This document shows positions 11,086 through 23,980 of a stretch of DNA of 64,000 nucleotides, one piece after another. This DNA is from a virus (taxonomy: Duplodnaviria; Caudoviricetes), in the IMG/VR virus record IMGVR_UViG_3300013382_000004; one strand, written 5' to 3'. The notes below the pieces were generated by a model, which ran no database searches, was not told the origin of the DNA, and saw only the letters and a list, made by a program, of their open reading frames with translations. A program made the translations under genes and the position numbers. Numbering within the stretch: position 1 is the first letter of the stretch; every line of letters begins with the position of its first letter.

Positions 11086-14000
11086 TTTCCTCCCTTTCTT
11101 TATCCGCTCTATCCGACATTAAAACTAAATCTCCATTATCTTCAATGCTTTTAATTAATTGAACAGAATGTTTATATAAACTATCTGAATACTTGCGGGG
11201 GACAAATTGAGTATCACGCCTATAACCAGTGATTAATAATTTATTCCCTCTGGAAAACCAAGACTTTTCAATAACAGTTTTTGTTCCGTCCTCGTTATCT
11301 TTTGATAATTGCCTATCATAGAAATTAAAAGCGCCTTTATAAAATTTTAAAGTTACTACCCCAGATGGAGTCAATAAATCAACAGTATTTTTATTTTTAT
11401 TTTTATCCAATACTGTTCCACAAATTCTACTTAATGCAAAACGACTTTTTTCTTGTCCTCTATACATATAAGTTTGAACAACTGGTCCATCAGGAGGTAA
11501 ATCTTCAAAATCAATTATGTTATATTTTTCTTTGTTAACTTTTATTAATTCATGAGGATGATAATAATAACACATAGAGTCCATTTCCCATTTAGAAAGA
11601 CTTCCTGTTGCTTTTTCATCCCATACAGTATTAAACTTTGCTTCATTTACAGCGGCTAACATCTTAGGGTCACTTAAAACAGCGTCCTTAAAATTCGCCA
11701 TTAACTTATTAAAAACTCTATCTAAACTACCTCTTTTAACAACTCTTTGGTTATCATCTCCCCAATTATAATCCTTTTCATCGCTCATGTCATTGAGGAA
11801 ATATTTTTCAAAAAAAGGCCAAGCGAATTTATTTTCAAGTACATAATAAGCAGTACTTGCGCTCTTTCCCATTTGTTTATAAAAGAATTTTTTTTGAAAA
11901 ACGTAATTTCTAAATCTGCATAATCTTAATTCAAATTTTTGCTGGTCTTCTGTTAATAAACCAAGATTATTTAAATCTTCAATATTTGATACGTTAAGAG
12001 ATTTAATTGGGCTAGAAATAACTCTAACAAAATCTTCCATAGTTTTTCTTCTATCTTTATTTTCAAGATTATCAAAACATCCTGCTTTAATAAGAGAAAT
12101 CATAGCTGTATCGCCAAATTTATTTTCTTTTGCAGAATCTTTAAATTCTTGCATTTTAGAATAGAAGTCTTCAACTGAAGTATAAGGTCTATTATCTACA
12201 ATTGCCTTAGCAATTTTCCCGCCCAAGCCTTGAATTGGTCTTAAACCATAAATAATTTCATTACTATTTTTATCGGGATAAAAACCAAAACGAGCGCGAT
12301 TAATATCAGGTAAAGAAATCTTAATACCAGCGTTAATCATATTACCCATCGCTTTTGCAATTCTACCATAATTAACGCCACTATTATTATCCACATTTTC
12401 TTCATCTGTACTCCCACTGTTAACAATTAAACAAGCACAATTCCAATATAATGCTCCATATTTTTGTACAATGTTCATGCACTGAAGACAAATGGCTGTA
12501 TAGGGCATACAGTGGTTTTTTGAAAAAGAATATCCGAGCTGCCTTTTAATTTGCACATCCCAAACATAATTGAGCAATTCTTTTGAAGTTCCAAGCTCTG
12601 CGCCTTTTTTATAAAATTTTTCATGAACAGCGGCAATCAAATCTTTCTTTTTTTTGGCCACCGATTTTCGAAGCTTATTCGCAAGAACTACATCAAACCC
12701 ACTTATTTCAGGGTCCATACTCATTTCCATAATGCTTTCCTGAGTATCAGCAACTCCATAGAGTTTGCCCAAATGTTTTTTCATAATCTCTTGCTCATGG
12801 TCGGATAATTTGTTTTCTTTCATTTCGTCATACCATAATTGGATATTATTTTTATAACGACGATAAGTATCCATAGGAGCTTCTGTTGCTCCATCTTGTG
12901 CCATGAGCCTCATCAAACTGTTAGCTGTAGAAAGTTCTAACATAGAACGAGGCTGGGTTTTTGTAATAACTTGTTGTCCCATTGCGCTATCAAATTGAAA
13001 TGCATCTAAAATTTGGTTTTTATCTAACAAATTCCACATTTCATAATTATTGTAATCAAGCACGTCAGGATGAAGATAAGTGTCATAATTAGCTTTATAA
13101 CTTCCTTTATCTTCAATTATTTTTGCATCAATAAGTAAATCTATTGCCGTATGTAGCTTATCGAGCATTTCAATCGTTAAGGTCCTTTATACCGTTGGTT
13201 TCCCAATACTTTAACACCTAAAAGGTCGGAGTAGACTATACAATCACTTTCGTGTCTCAATTATAGTCGTTGAACGTCCCTGTATGTTTCAACAGGTTTC
13301 GCTGCGTTTGATTGTCCAATCCTTAATGATTTTACCATACCGAAGCCGTTACTCTTCGCCATTTATTTATCACTAAATAAACTTGGTTATTAAGGCTCTT
13401 AGGAGTTCCCCGCAATTTATGAGATTTATAGTGGACTGGTTTATTTTTCATCATTTCGTTTTTCTTCACATTTCACAGAATAAATTTCTGTGGATTTATT
13501 AAAATCTCTACATATTTTCGACATACTATCTCCACGCTAATATGCTTCAACAACTTTTACTTTTTCTTCTTCAGACATTAACCACATAATTCCCCCTTTT
13601 CTTTAAAAATCAAAAATTAAATAAAACGAAAAATAATAAGTTAATCCACTTTCAAGCCGCCCATATAATCAGAATCTTCCATATTATAGGCGGTAATAGT
13701 CGTACCATTCGGTGCTCTCATTTTACTGTTTTGAACAATATATCCCGCATCAAAAATATAAGATGCCGAAGCATGAATAGACCTACCACAAATAAGTCCT
13801 TCAATCTTAAAAAGAGTATCTTTCAACCCCTCATATTTATTTACTTCATTAATAAATTCTTTTACAGGTATTCTACCATTTTCTTCATTCCCGTAAAAAC
13901 AATCTTTTAATGACCAGTTTGACCCTCTTTCAAAAGGAACTAAATCTGCCAAATGTTGAGCGTCATCGTTATTTATGCCAAATCCTTTAGCGCACACCAA

Positions 14001-16997
14001 GATAGTTGATTTTGTCCCTTCTGTTTTTAAAGTAAGAGTATTTAAAACATTCTCATCTCCATAATAATCATGCATATTTTGGAAAATAAGAGGACGTTTT
14101 AAAGCCTCTGAGTCGAGGTCGATGTCGGGCAACTCGGGTCTTAAAGGAGAACTATGTCTCCAGAAAGGTAAGTCATATTTTAGAGGATTAATTTGTGTAA
14201 TCTCAGAAAGATAACAAATATAACTACCTCCTGCCGAGCCTCTGGCAACGCCGACAAAAGAGACTTTCCACATAACTTCATGCACCAATCCTCTAACAAG
14301 CACATAATATGCAGAAAGCTTTTGATTTAAACGCTCAGAAATTTGCCAAAAGCTACTAAACTCTTCATTAATTCGAGCAATTTTTTCTTCTTGAGTTACT
14401 ACTTTATCATGCTCTTCTATAATTTTGCCGTTTTCATCATAAGTGGCAAAATGATAAGAAGATTCTCCCCATTGTTTCTTCTTCTCAAAACCTTGTTCAA
14501 CTAAATATAAAAGATATTGGTCTTGTTTATCAGTTGAGTCCGCATACTTTTTTAAGTATTCATACTTATCGTACCAATCTTTAAAAATATGCTTCACCTT
14601 AAATTCTGGAATTTTCTTATCTGTGGGAACAATGGTCGAATGATATAAATCAAAAACTTCAATATTATTATAAATATCTTGTGTATTAGTTAAAGCCTCT
14701 TGTATTTGTTCTACTGTCAAATGATAAGATAAAGTTTTTATCAATTCATCTACCGCAAACATATAAGTAGTTTCATAAAAACTTGCGACTTCTCTATTTC
14801 GAGACTTTTCATTATCATCAGCTTTTAAATAAGCTTCATGGATTTTTGCATCATTTTTCGTCAAATAGTGACTGTCAGTCGAGCAAATTACTTTTAATCC
14901 ATAAGCATTACTTAAGATAAACATAAATTGATTTACCATTGCTTGCTCATGTGGTAAATTATTTCCATCTTTATCTTGTTTAATTACACAAGGCTGAATT
15001 TCTAAATAGAAGTTTTCTTTTCCAAATATTTTTATACACCATTTAATAAATGCGTCAATTTTTTGTTTTACACTTTTATCATTTGTGTTTAAATATTCAA
15101 GAATTAAGTTGTCTAATTCTGAACCAAGACAATTATGCACTATAACATTATTACAAACAAAAGAATGAGATTCATTATTTAAACAATATACAGTTTCATT
15201 TATATTTATTTTTTTTATAGAATGGATATACATCTTTTTATACCAGATATTGTCAATATTAATAAATCTCTTCTTATCAATAGCAGTTAACAATAAAGTA
15301 TTTACATCTTCATGAGAGTAAAAATGCATTTTTTCAATTCCCCGCATTATTTTCCCACTCCCGCGCAAATAATAAGATTCACAATGATGAGTTCCTTTAC
15401 TATCTACCCTTTCAGGAGCAATTGCAATATTACAAGGAATTAATAAACTTGTCGCTAACTCAAACATATCTTGAGTTAATTGTTTTGATACCGAAGCACT
15501 TACCCATTCGCCAACTTCAGGAAAATCTTTTAATCCTTTTGAATGGTTAACATTAATTTTTTTAGCTTTTCGCAATCTAAAATATCCATCCGCTAATAAA
15601 TAACCAAATAATAGTTCCCTATCATATTCTGGCGAAATATTTTTTATTCTATTTGGAATTTTTTTATTATATGCATTACACTCACCAAAAATATAATACA
15701 TAAAATTATAAAAATCGCTTGATTGAGAACTTATGTCATATTTATGTTGGTCTTTTCTATAATTAATTGACCATTTAATATTCAAACTTTTTTCTAAAGT
15801 TTTTACAAATGAATAATAATAATCAAATTCTTTTTCATTAAAAGTTATTCCAACTCGATGAACTTTTGCTGATAGTTTATTAATCCAGCCATCCCCAAGA
15901 AACAGACCAAAGAAACGCATCATTTCTGGTGTAATAACTATATTTTCAGGTAAAATAGTTACACGATGAGACATTTTTGTTTTTTTTAATGCTATATTAT
16001 CCCATTCTTCTTTTTTAATATTTTTTTTATTTTGGGAATATTGTTTAGACACGGGAAGTAATAATTGATGTTTTGAACTTCCATAATTTACATCTAAATT
16101 TTTCGCCTCAACCCAATCTAAATCATCTATAGATAAATTATTAGAATAATATTGGACTTTATTATTAGTTATTGTTAAAAATTTATGCGATTCAGTACAA
16201 ACTATATTATCCCCAACACCTGTTAATTCAATTTCAAATCCATTACCTTTATATAAACGATGCGTGGGAAAATTGACTTTCTCAAATTGTCCGTACTTAT
16301 TTAACACATAATCTTCATCTGTAATAGATTCTATTGCTTTTTGTCCATTTATAGTAGTTACTAAGGCCCCTTGCCTAAAACAAGCAGATTGCGCTATAAT
16401 GTGCCCTTTTTCATTCCCAATAATGGATTCAAGTTCATCTTTATAAGTCGGAACTCTTTCCATTATTCCAGAACGATACCAATTTTTCCAAGCACTATCA
16501 GAAGAAATTCTTTTTATTTGTTCATAACCCTTTTTATCTTTTGCAATTAAAATAAAGTGAAAAAACTTACTAATTTTTTCATCTACATCAGGTCTATCTA
16601 CTAAATAAATTTCATTCCCCAAACCAATTTTAAAACTTTCGAAATTTTCATAATATTTCAAATTTTTTTTAATTGATTTATTTTCATCTTTATTTAATTC
16701 TAATTCAATTTCTTCTTCTGTTTTGTCCGCTTTTAATTTGTCATACTTTTCTTTGTTTTCCTCAATTTCTTTGTATCGCCTAATAAATCGTACATGAGCA
16801 GATAAAGCTTCATGGTCTGTACAACACACTCCATTATATCCCAATTCAATAGCACGATTAATAAGGTCGGGTATTTTTATTATACAATCTCGCAATCTGA
16901 AATTGCTTACTTCTGTATGGTTATGCGTAGAAAAGAATTTTAATTCTTTTGCTATTTTTGATGCCTATTCATCTGTAATAGGCTTATAAAAAACCAT
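11075..16997 (-). CDS. dnaE: DNA polymerase III alpha subunit; exons 16997-13644 and 13183-11075; contains an intein
   Basis: PHP HNHT/TDHE, RGSAGGS, PDIDLD, SIHAS, spliced junction GLKVD|TLTIE, YSFSKNH; TAG at codon 11. Confidence 0.92.
13184..13643 (-). mobile_element. Group I intron in dnaE, with a 45-aa ORF remnant (13441-13578)
   Basis: 5' exon ends in U (GAT), intron ends in G; core-like AATTGCGGGGAA, GTTCAACGACTAT / GTATAGTCT; removal restores KVDTL. Confidence 0.88.
15132..16382 (-). mobile_element. Intein (417 aa) with LAGLIDADG endonuclease domain in the DnaE PHP domain
   Basis: QSA|CFRQG...CTESHKF...FFGLFLGDG...LFGYLLADG...VIVHN|CLGS. Confidence 0.92.
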
Positions 16998-17075
16998 AAC
17001 ACACCCGCTTTCTTTTTATTTACTTTATATGAGATAGTCCTTGATGGAAATTAATCCATCAAGGTTTCTTGTCTC

Positions 17076-17104
17076 ATTATATCATGTCACATTTAATTTG
17101 TCAA
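17076..17104 (-). promoter_or_regulatory. sigma-70/A-type promoter upstream of dnaE
   Basis: TTGACA-17 nt-TATAAT with TG extension. Confidence 0.8.
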
Positions 17105-17115
17105 TCTTAAAAATC

Positions 17116-19155
17116 TTAAAAATCTAAATCTTCTAAATCCTTATCTAACATTACTCTTCTCTTTTTAGGTTTCTCAACTTCGCCCCAATCAAAATCTGTA
17201 GTAGACTTTGCATTCAACGATGTAGTTTTAGCATTAAGAGTAGCATCAGATTTGGTCTTACTTTTTAAATCAGGAGTCTCATTTGTCTTATCCTCCACAA
17301 CATCATAATATAGAATTTTAACTTCTGGATAAACTTTGTCTTCCCAAGGTTCTAGCTGAAACTGGCAGATTAAATTCATAACCAAATTCTTTTTGTTAGC
17401 ACCAAAGGTATGTCTATCCTTAAGAGTCATTGTATCAAATTCTGTAGCTGGGCAATACTTTTTAATATAAGTAACACCGTTATGCTGGAATCTGATAAAG
17501 CTCTTAGTTTCGCCATAACCATTAATCTGACTAGCGTTTATATGAAGATTTGTAATTGCAAAAGTAGGAGCAGGAACAGTATTACCCCAAATCTCGTAAT
17601 TCTCAGCAACTTCTTTTACAAATCTTACTTGCATTTCATTAGCAGGAATTTCCCAATCAACTTGATAAACAGTTTTCAGTTGGTCAAGAGGGAGCATCTT
17701 ATTACATTTTGAAATAACAGCTTCAACATTATCTTTTTTCAAAGAAATACCTGCTGCATTTTCATGCCCCATTACAGATATCAAACCTGTTTTTTCTAAA
17801 AACTCTTTTAAATTTTTAATATTACCTCTATCATAACCACGACAAGAGCCACCGAACTCAGAACTCGATTTTTCTTTTAATAAAACAACTGGACGCAAAT
17901 ATTTTGAGGTTAATTTCCGCGCCACAAGGCCAGTTACGCTTTTTTTGTCCACGAGCCGTGTACAATCGACAAATAAAATGGTATTTTTATCTAGCCCTTG
18001 CTTATCAATTTTATCAACAATTTGTTCCATAAATTTACGAACAGCAGTATCTTGACGAGACTTTACATTATTAGCTACTCTCGCCATCTCCCATTGAAGG
18101 GTATGTTCTTCTGGAAGAGGTTTAGGGTCAGTAGCTCTTTTTCGTCTCGGCTGATAAATAACAGTTTCTTGCTCTCCAACCATAGCCCTAAACAAATCTC
18201 TTTGCTCTTTTTCAGTACCATAACGTACTACGCCATTAATTCTTGGAGCAAGCACCCAGCCAACATTTGTAATAGTTCTACCAAAGTGAATTTCATCAGC
18301 CATTCTCTCTTGAAGTTCATTAAGAAAATCATTCTTTTGATTTTCAATTTTCAGACCTTCAAGTACATACCATCTTGTTTCTAAATCCCTTAAGTCCATA
18401 CTATCTGCAATGATACCAAGAGAAACCAAATCAAGATAATCATCAAGCCAACTATCACTACAGTGATACTTTTCACAATAAGCTTCACCAAATTTACGAA
18501 CTACACCAACACCAGACAAAGTAGGATTAGGATAATGTCCATCAGTATCATTTACAGCTACACAATAGTTAACATAGCTATCCTCTTTAATTCTGTCAGA
18601 CTCTTTTTCTTTAATTTCATCCGCTTCGTTCTTTGAAATCCATTTACCTGTGTTAGTATCTAAATATTCAATTTCAACTAAATGATGGTCTAACACAATG
18701 ATAGGACAATTGTAATTTTTAACAATTTGAATTGCATCTTTGCAAATCATTGAAGCATCTGGAATAATAATTAAACCGATTTCATCTTTTGAATATTCAC
18801 TTAATGCTTTATAGGTTAATCCATGCTCTTTGTTAAAACTAAAAATATATTCTATCTTTGCCTCTGGATTGAAATGTTCAATGATTTTACTCATTAAAAC
18901 ACTACTTGTTAAACCATCTGTATCTGGGTCCACTTTAATTGCAATTTTCTTTTTAGTGTTAACATTATCATGGAAAATCTATACAGCTTTATCCATGTTC
19001 TTCATCTGAAAAGGGTCATTAACGACCTTGTTCTTTACAGGATGAAGAAAACTTTTTACATCCTAAATGCCGTAGCTATTTAAAATTGCTTCAAGAAAAT
19101 CATATTCATCATCAAAGTTGTTCTAAAACTTTGTCTCCCATAGTAATTTTTCCAT
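17116..19155 (-). CDS. recJ: RecJ-like DHH ssDNA exonuclease, 679 aa with TAG=Gln
   Basis: DPDTDG, LDHH, LSGVGV, LGIIAD, PRING, GSCRG, GHENAAG; N-terminus (DPF.MKNMDKA) joined by TAG readthrough. Confidence 0.9.
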
Positions 19156-20357
19156 TAATTACCTCTTAAAAATATACTCGTAGAACTTTGCCTTTCCCCG
19201 TAAGAATAAACAGGTTTCGCCATTTTTATTAATTGATTGTAAACATCCTTACCTTTATCAAAAGGTGAATCTTTGATGTCTAATAATCCTTTTGTGTCCT
19301 TAATAAGAAAGACATTAAAGCTTAAAGCAAGTCTCTGAGCTAAAGTCCTTAATCGTTCATTGTATCTTAAATAGTTGTCATATAACAATTTGTCAGCTTT
19401 ATAAACTTCTTCATATTTATCATCAAAATCTTTATCAAATCCCAAGTAAACTGTGTCTACTCCAAGTTTTTCTAAAGCTCTAATTTGCCAATCTGAAACA
19501 TTAAAGCCACAAGTTGCCACTACGCAACTTCTACCCTTAAAATAAGTGTCTGCTTTCAGGACACTTTTTTCTCCCTCAACTATAATCGCTTTCTTAAATC
19601 TCTTTATATTTTCTTTATTTTCATAAAGTCCATACAAATTTAATCCAAGAGGATGGTCAAATTCTTTACCACTCATAAATAATGGCATATATTTTCTTTT
19701 AGAATCTTCTGGTTGCAAACTTCTTCGTCTAATACCAACCAAATGGCCATCTATATTATAATGGGGAATAATTATATATTTCTGGTATTCATACCATTCA
19801 ATACCAAATTTTTCCATAGAGGGAATACTAATTCCCTCATCAATCCAACCTTTATAAAAAGTATTGCGGTCAAAGTAATTAAAGAGACATTTATAATCAT
19901 CATAAAACTTAGTAATTTTAGCTTCATGGAATTGTTGTCTTCTTTCAATATCTTCTGACTGTTTTATCATATCAGATAATTGTCCACGCAATTCTGGTGA
20001 AGTATCATTCCCAAAACCAACACGACTTCGAGATAATGATTTACCAACCTTTTTTGCAATATAAACAATTACCTTACTATAAAACTCTCCATCTTTAGCA
20101 TTACGAATTCTTTTAATAAATTCAAAAAAATTCATTCGACCACAATTCGTATAGCAGAAAAAGTCCTTGCTCTCAGTAAAAAAGCATAACTTATGACTGT
20201 CTCCACCATGACAAATTGTTTTAAACCAAAGACATTTTTGCTGAGTTCTTCCATCTGTAGAAGTTGAGTATAAAGGAGAACCATTTTCTTCCATGATGTT
20301 AATAACTACATCTTCTGTTACCAACTTCAACAGTTCATCTTTATCTATCATAATCAA
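19155..20357 (-). CDS. DNA primase (Zn finger plus TOPRIM)
   Basis: CHGG...CYTNCG, IIIPH, VGIRRR, LYGL, IVEGEKS, GFDKD. Confidence 0.88.
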   Translation of the reverse strand: MIMIDKDELLKLVTEDVVINIMEENGSPLYSTSTDGRTQQKCLWFKTICHGGDSHKLCFFTESKDFFCYTNCGRMNFFEFIKRIRNAKDGEFYSKVIVYIAKKVGKSLSRSRVGFGNDTSPELRGQLSDMIKQSEDIERRQQFHEAKITKFYDDYKCLFNYFDRNTFYKGWIDEGISIPSMEKFGIEWYEYQKYIIIPHYNIDGHLVGIRRRSLQPEDSKRKYMPLFMSGKEFDHPLGLNLYGLYENKENIKRFKKAIIVEGEKSVLKADTYFKGRSCVVATCGFNVSDWQIRALEKLGVDTVYLGFDKDFDDKYEEVYKADKLLYDNYLRYNERLRTLAQRLALSFNVFLIKDTKGLLDIKDSPFDKGKDVYNQLIKMAKPVYSYGERQSSTSIFLRGN

Positions 20358-20363
20358 CCTCTA

Positions 20364-23203
20364 TTAAAAATCTATTTCCTCTTCCTCTTTCGACGTAGAT
20401 TTATTTTCTTCCTCGTCATCTTCTGGAACAGCCTTGAACTTTTTACTCTCAGGAGACTCCAAGAAAGGTTCTTCTGCACTATCAAGAGTTTCTTTTATTT
20501 TTCTAACAACATCTTCTGTATCTTCAAAAACATCAAAAGTACCTTCTTCTTTAGCTGTTTCTGCAATATCAACAGCATCATTTATTATTTGCCCACGAAT
20601 GGCATCTTTGTCATTTGTGAAAATTACTTTCTGGTCTTCTTCAACACGAGTAAATGTCTGAGGAATATCTAAAAGTTCATAATCATAATCGGTACAGAAC
20701 AAATCATGTACTCTCATTGTGGCATAATCAACATACAACCAAATTTTACATTTAGTATATTCGCCACCACGATTCTTATATACAGAAATACACCTGTTAG
20801 GTTTGTATTTCAAGAATCTATTTTTAATAATTTTCTCTAAATATTTTTCTTCTTTTTTAGATACTTCTGATACAATAGAAGCTGTATCTACCTTGTCAAT
20901 AATAGACTTAGCACCACGAACAATAGTCTGGTCACGATTTTGCTCGTTCTTAAAATCACCAGAAACCTGTGTCCAAGTGTCTATACTAATGTCATATTTT
21001 CGAGTAAGCTCTTTTAATTTTAAGCTTAAATTTGCAAGAACTTGGTCTTCACGAATCTGCATCCTTGCTTTTGCTTGAGATTGAAATTCACTAATCAAGT
21101 CAGTTGTTACATGGATGTAATCGAAGAAAACATTTCTTACTCCATGCTGAAGAACGTGTTGTTCAATAATATTCTCCAAAGTGCCAATATCATAATCAGG
21201 GACATATTCAAGATAAATATGACCTTCTTCATGGAGAATTCTAATAGCTTCATCAACTCGCTCTTCTTCGTCACCGTAATATCTACCAGTCATAATGTGC
21301 TCTTGGGGAACATCAGCAATATAAGCCCATAAAATAGGTTCAATTTCTGTAATAAGTTCCATTTCTGTTCCAATATAAAGAGCAGCATTTTGAGTGCCAT
21401 TTGGATTCTCTACAAATTCCATTTTGTTAGAATCCCAGTACTTCGGCGTAAAAGAGTGACAAAGATTAGCAATTGTCAAACGGGTTTTCGATTTGTTATC
21501 GTAAAGTTTTTTATCTTTACTTCTGCAACATTACATTGCAGTCCAGCATAACTTTTCACGCTTAATGTCGATGCGTGGCGCGGCCTCGTGGTAGGATTAT
21601 ATCTTTTCACCTACTATGCGTTGCCCCTGACTATATTTAATATAGCCTTCGGTTCTGATTGCCTTTGTATACGGTTTTCCAGCTTAATTCCGCGCTAATA
21701 ATATTAAATCTTCAATCGACTTGATTTAATACGGCATTTCTAATTTGAACAAATTTTTCATATTTACGGTCTAAAAATATATTACTGTTTAAATAAATAG
21801 AAGATAAATTAGAATAACATTTCCAACTACACCATTCAATGCTATACGCATTACTTCTTTTATCTTTGCGCATTTTAGCATCAAACCAATCCATTTTGGA
21901 AATTAATTCTGTTAAAAATTCTGGAGAGCCAGATGTTAAACTCATCCTGCCAGTTAAACAATGTTTATTTTGTGTAATTCCTATATATCCGTCCCCATCA
22001 AAATATCCTCTAACAAAATCTCTAAGAAAATCATTAGGAACCTATTCTTCTGTGGGGAATTGTAATTGCAAACTTTTATTAGGACAACAGCCTAATTTAA
22101 TTAAATCATTATGCATCTTTTTTCTACTAATAGCAAAAGATACTTCATTATACCCATTTACAATTTTATCGCTTACTTTTGCCGGAGAATTCAAAAACTT
22201 CTTAAACTTAACCAAATGATTAATATCTCTTTGCTGTAATACAATGCTTATATGATTATTTTCTCCTTTCCGAATATATCCATCGGCATAAAGAAAACCT
22301 AACCAATAAGCTTTTTCTTCCGTATCAATTAAAGAAAAAATATTGTCATTAGTTCCATTATCATTCTATCTATTTATTACAATATATCCTTGGCTTTTTA
22401 TATACTCTCCCAAATGACCTCGACTACATTGTAATTTTTTAGAAATCTAAGTCAAACTTAAATCTCCTTGTAAATATAATTTTAAACCCTCTTCGTATTT
22501 TTCGTTCATTTTAGATTTTACCAACACCCGTTCCTGCCGAAGAAACTACAAACTTTCTTGGCTGGATACCTTTTGTTATAGTTGTCATATAATTGCTTGC
22601 ATAAGACAGACCATAAGCAGGAGTTTTCTTCCATTCTTCTTTTTGCTTTTTAGCTTCATCGCTACCAGCTTTAACACTATCTCGCCCAACTTTAGGACTA
22701 TATTCTTGCGTGATATTAGATACTTTTTGCCTAAAATGATTAAGAATTTCATCAATAGTCATTTGACTAAATTTATATCTTTGTTCATCAGCAATCTCAG
22801 GGTCTTCTTCGTTAGGGTCAAAAATTTCATCAACTTCAATACCTGATTTAAGATAAGCGCGAAGAAGAGAAAACTTTTTCATTTCCTGATAATTAGAGTT
22901 AAAGTTTTCTGGTGTAGCTAATTCTTTAGCTTTTTCAACATAAAGATTACCATTATTCCTTGTATAAATATTATACAAAGACTGAAGATTATTTTTTAAA
23001 TAATCATCAATAATATATTGGTCAAGCTTTACCGCGCCTTGTGAGAAAAGATTGTTTATTGCTACAAACAAAAGCTGATGGAAAGCTTCAACAAAATCTT
23101 TTTTGTCGATTTTATTACTTGTTAATAAAGTTGGATTCTACAGTAAACAGCCAAGAACTTCTTTAATTGCAGATTTGCTTTGATAATCTCTATAATCCGC
23201 CAA
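20364..23203 (-). CDS. dnaB: DnaB-like replicative helicase; exons 23203-22520 and 21488-20364
   Basis: Spliced Walker A SAGTGVG|KT, GTEM, FFDYIH, TQ, KNRGG; TTG start, TAG at codon 22. Confidence 0.85.
21489..22519 (-). mobile_element. Group I intron in the dnaB Walker A motif
   Basis: GGT|...G|AAA junction; core-like GGAATTAAGCTGGAAA, AATCAGAACCGAAGG, GCAACGCATAG / GTTATGCTG. Confidence 0.9.
21712..22509 (-). CDS. Intron-encoded double-motif LAGLIDADG homing endonuclease (265 aa, TAG=Gln)
   Basis: KAYWLGFLYADG and FVRGYFDGDG motifs in one frame, ATG22509 to TGA21712. Confidence 0.88.
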
Positions 23204-23204
23204 G

Positions 23205-23900
23205 TTACCCCCCCCATTCTTCAGGATGTTCAGACATTATTTCCTGAATATCTCTTTGTAGTTCTGATAAATACATACCATCTTTTCCTCTTTGCTTTTG
23301 AAGTCCTCTTCTAAAATCATAATCTCCAATAAAGTCAGTGTTAACAAGACCATCATCAACGATATCATCAGCAGAAATTTCTTCTTTATGATTTCGTTTG
23401 TCTCGTTTTTCATCGTCCTCTTCTTGTTTCTTAATAATTTCAGAACGAGCTACATCTATCGCTATAGGCGGTTTTGTTAATATATATTCGATAAATTCAG
23501 ATTTAGTCATCCTCATCTCTTTATACTTTTGCCAAAATTCTCTTGATTCGGCAAAATAACGTATAACCATGAAGATATCTGATTCTGTTTCTATCTTGGG
23601 AGCTGGATTGTCAGCATACTCATACATATAATATAAAGTAAAAAGAATTTGAGAATTAGTCATTCCATATTTTTCTTTAATTCTTTTTATATATGTTGTT
23701 ATAAGAGGAGCATTCACCCATTCTCTTATACCAAGAACATCCCAAAGATAATCAGTTAAAGTCTTGTAATCTTTTGCATCTTGTGCTGGCTATTTACCAC
23801 AAATAGGACAATAATTTTTACCATTTACAGTAATAATTTCCTCTGTAGGAAACATCTTACCACAAACGCTACATTTTCTGTTCTTCTTTGGTGGTGCTAT
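23205..23900 (-). CDS. Zn-finger protein, possible helicase loader or replication accessory (start uncertain)
   Basis: CSVCG...CPICG N-terminus joined to the track ORF through one TAG; lies directly upstream of dnaB. Confidence 0.55.
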
Positions 23901-23935
23901 AATCCTCACTCCTTTCTTAAAATATTAAAACGGAA

Positions 23936-23971
23936 AATAAAGGGGAATAGTAATCAATTTTACTATTCCCC
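23936..23971 (-). terminator. Intrinsic terminator
   Basis: 12-bp stem GGGGAATAGTAA/TTACTATTCCCC followed by TTTATTTT on the minus strand. Confidence 0.7.
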
Positions 23972-23980
23972 AATAATTAT

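Noticed and set aside
13168-13643. Split dnaE or split intein
   Set aside because: No intein motifs at the break; group I core elements and U|...G junctions restore the frame
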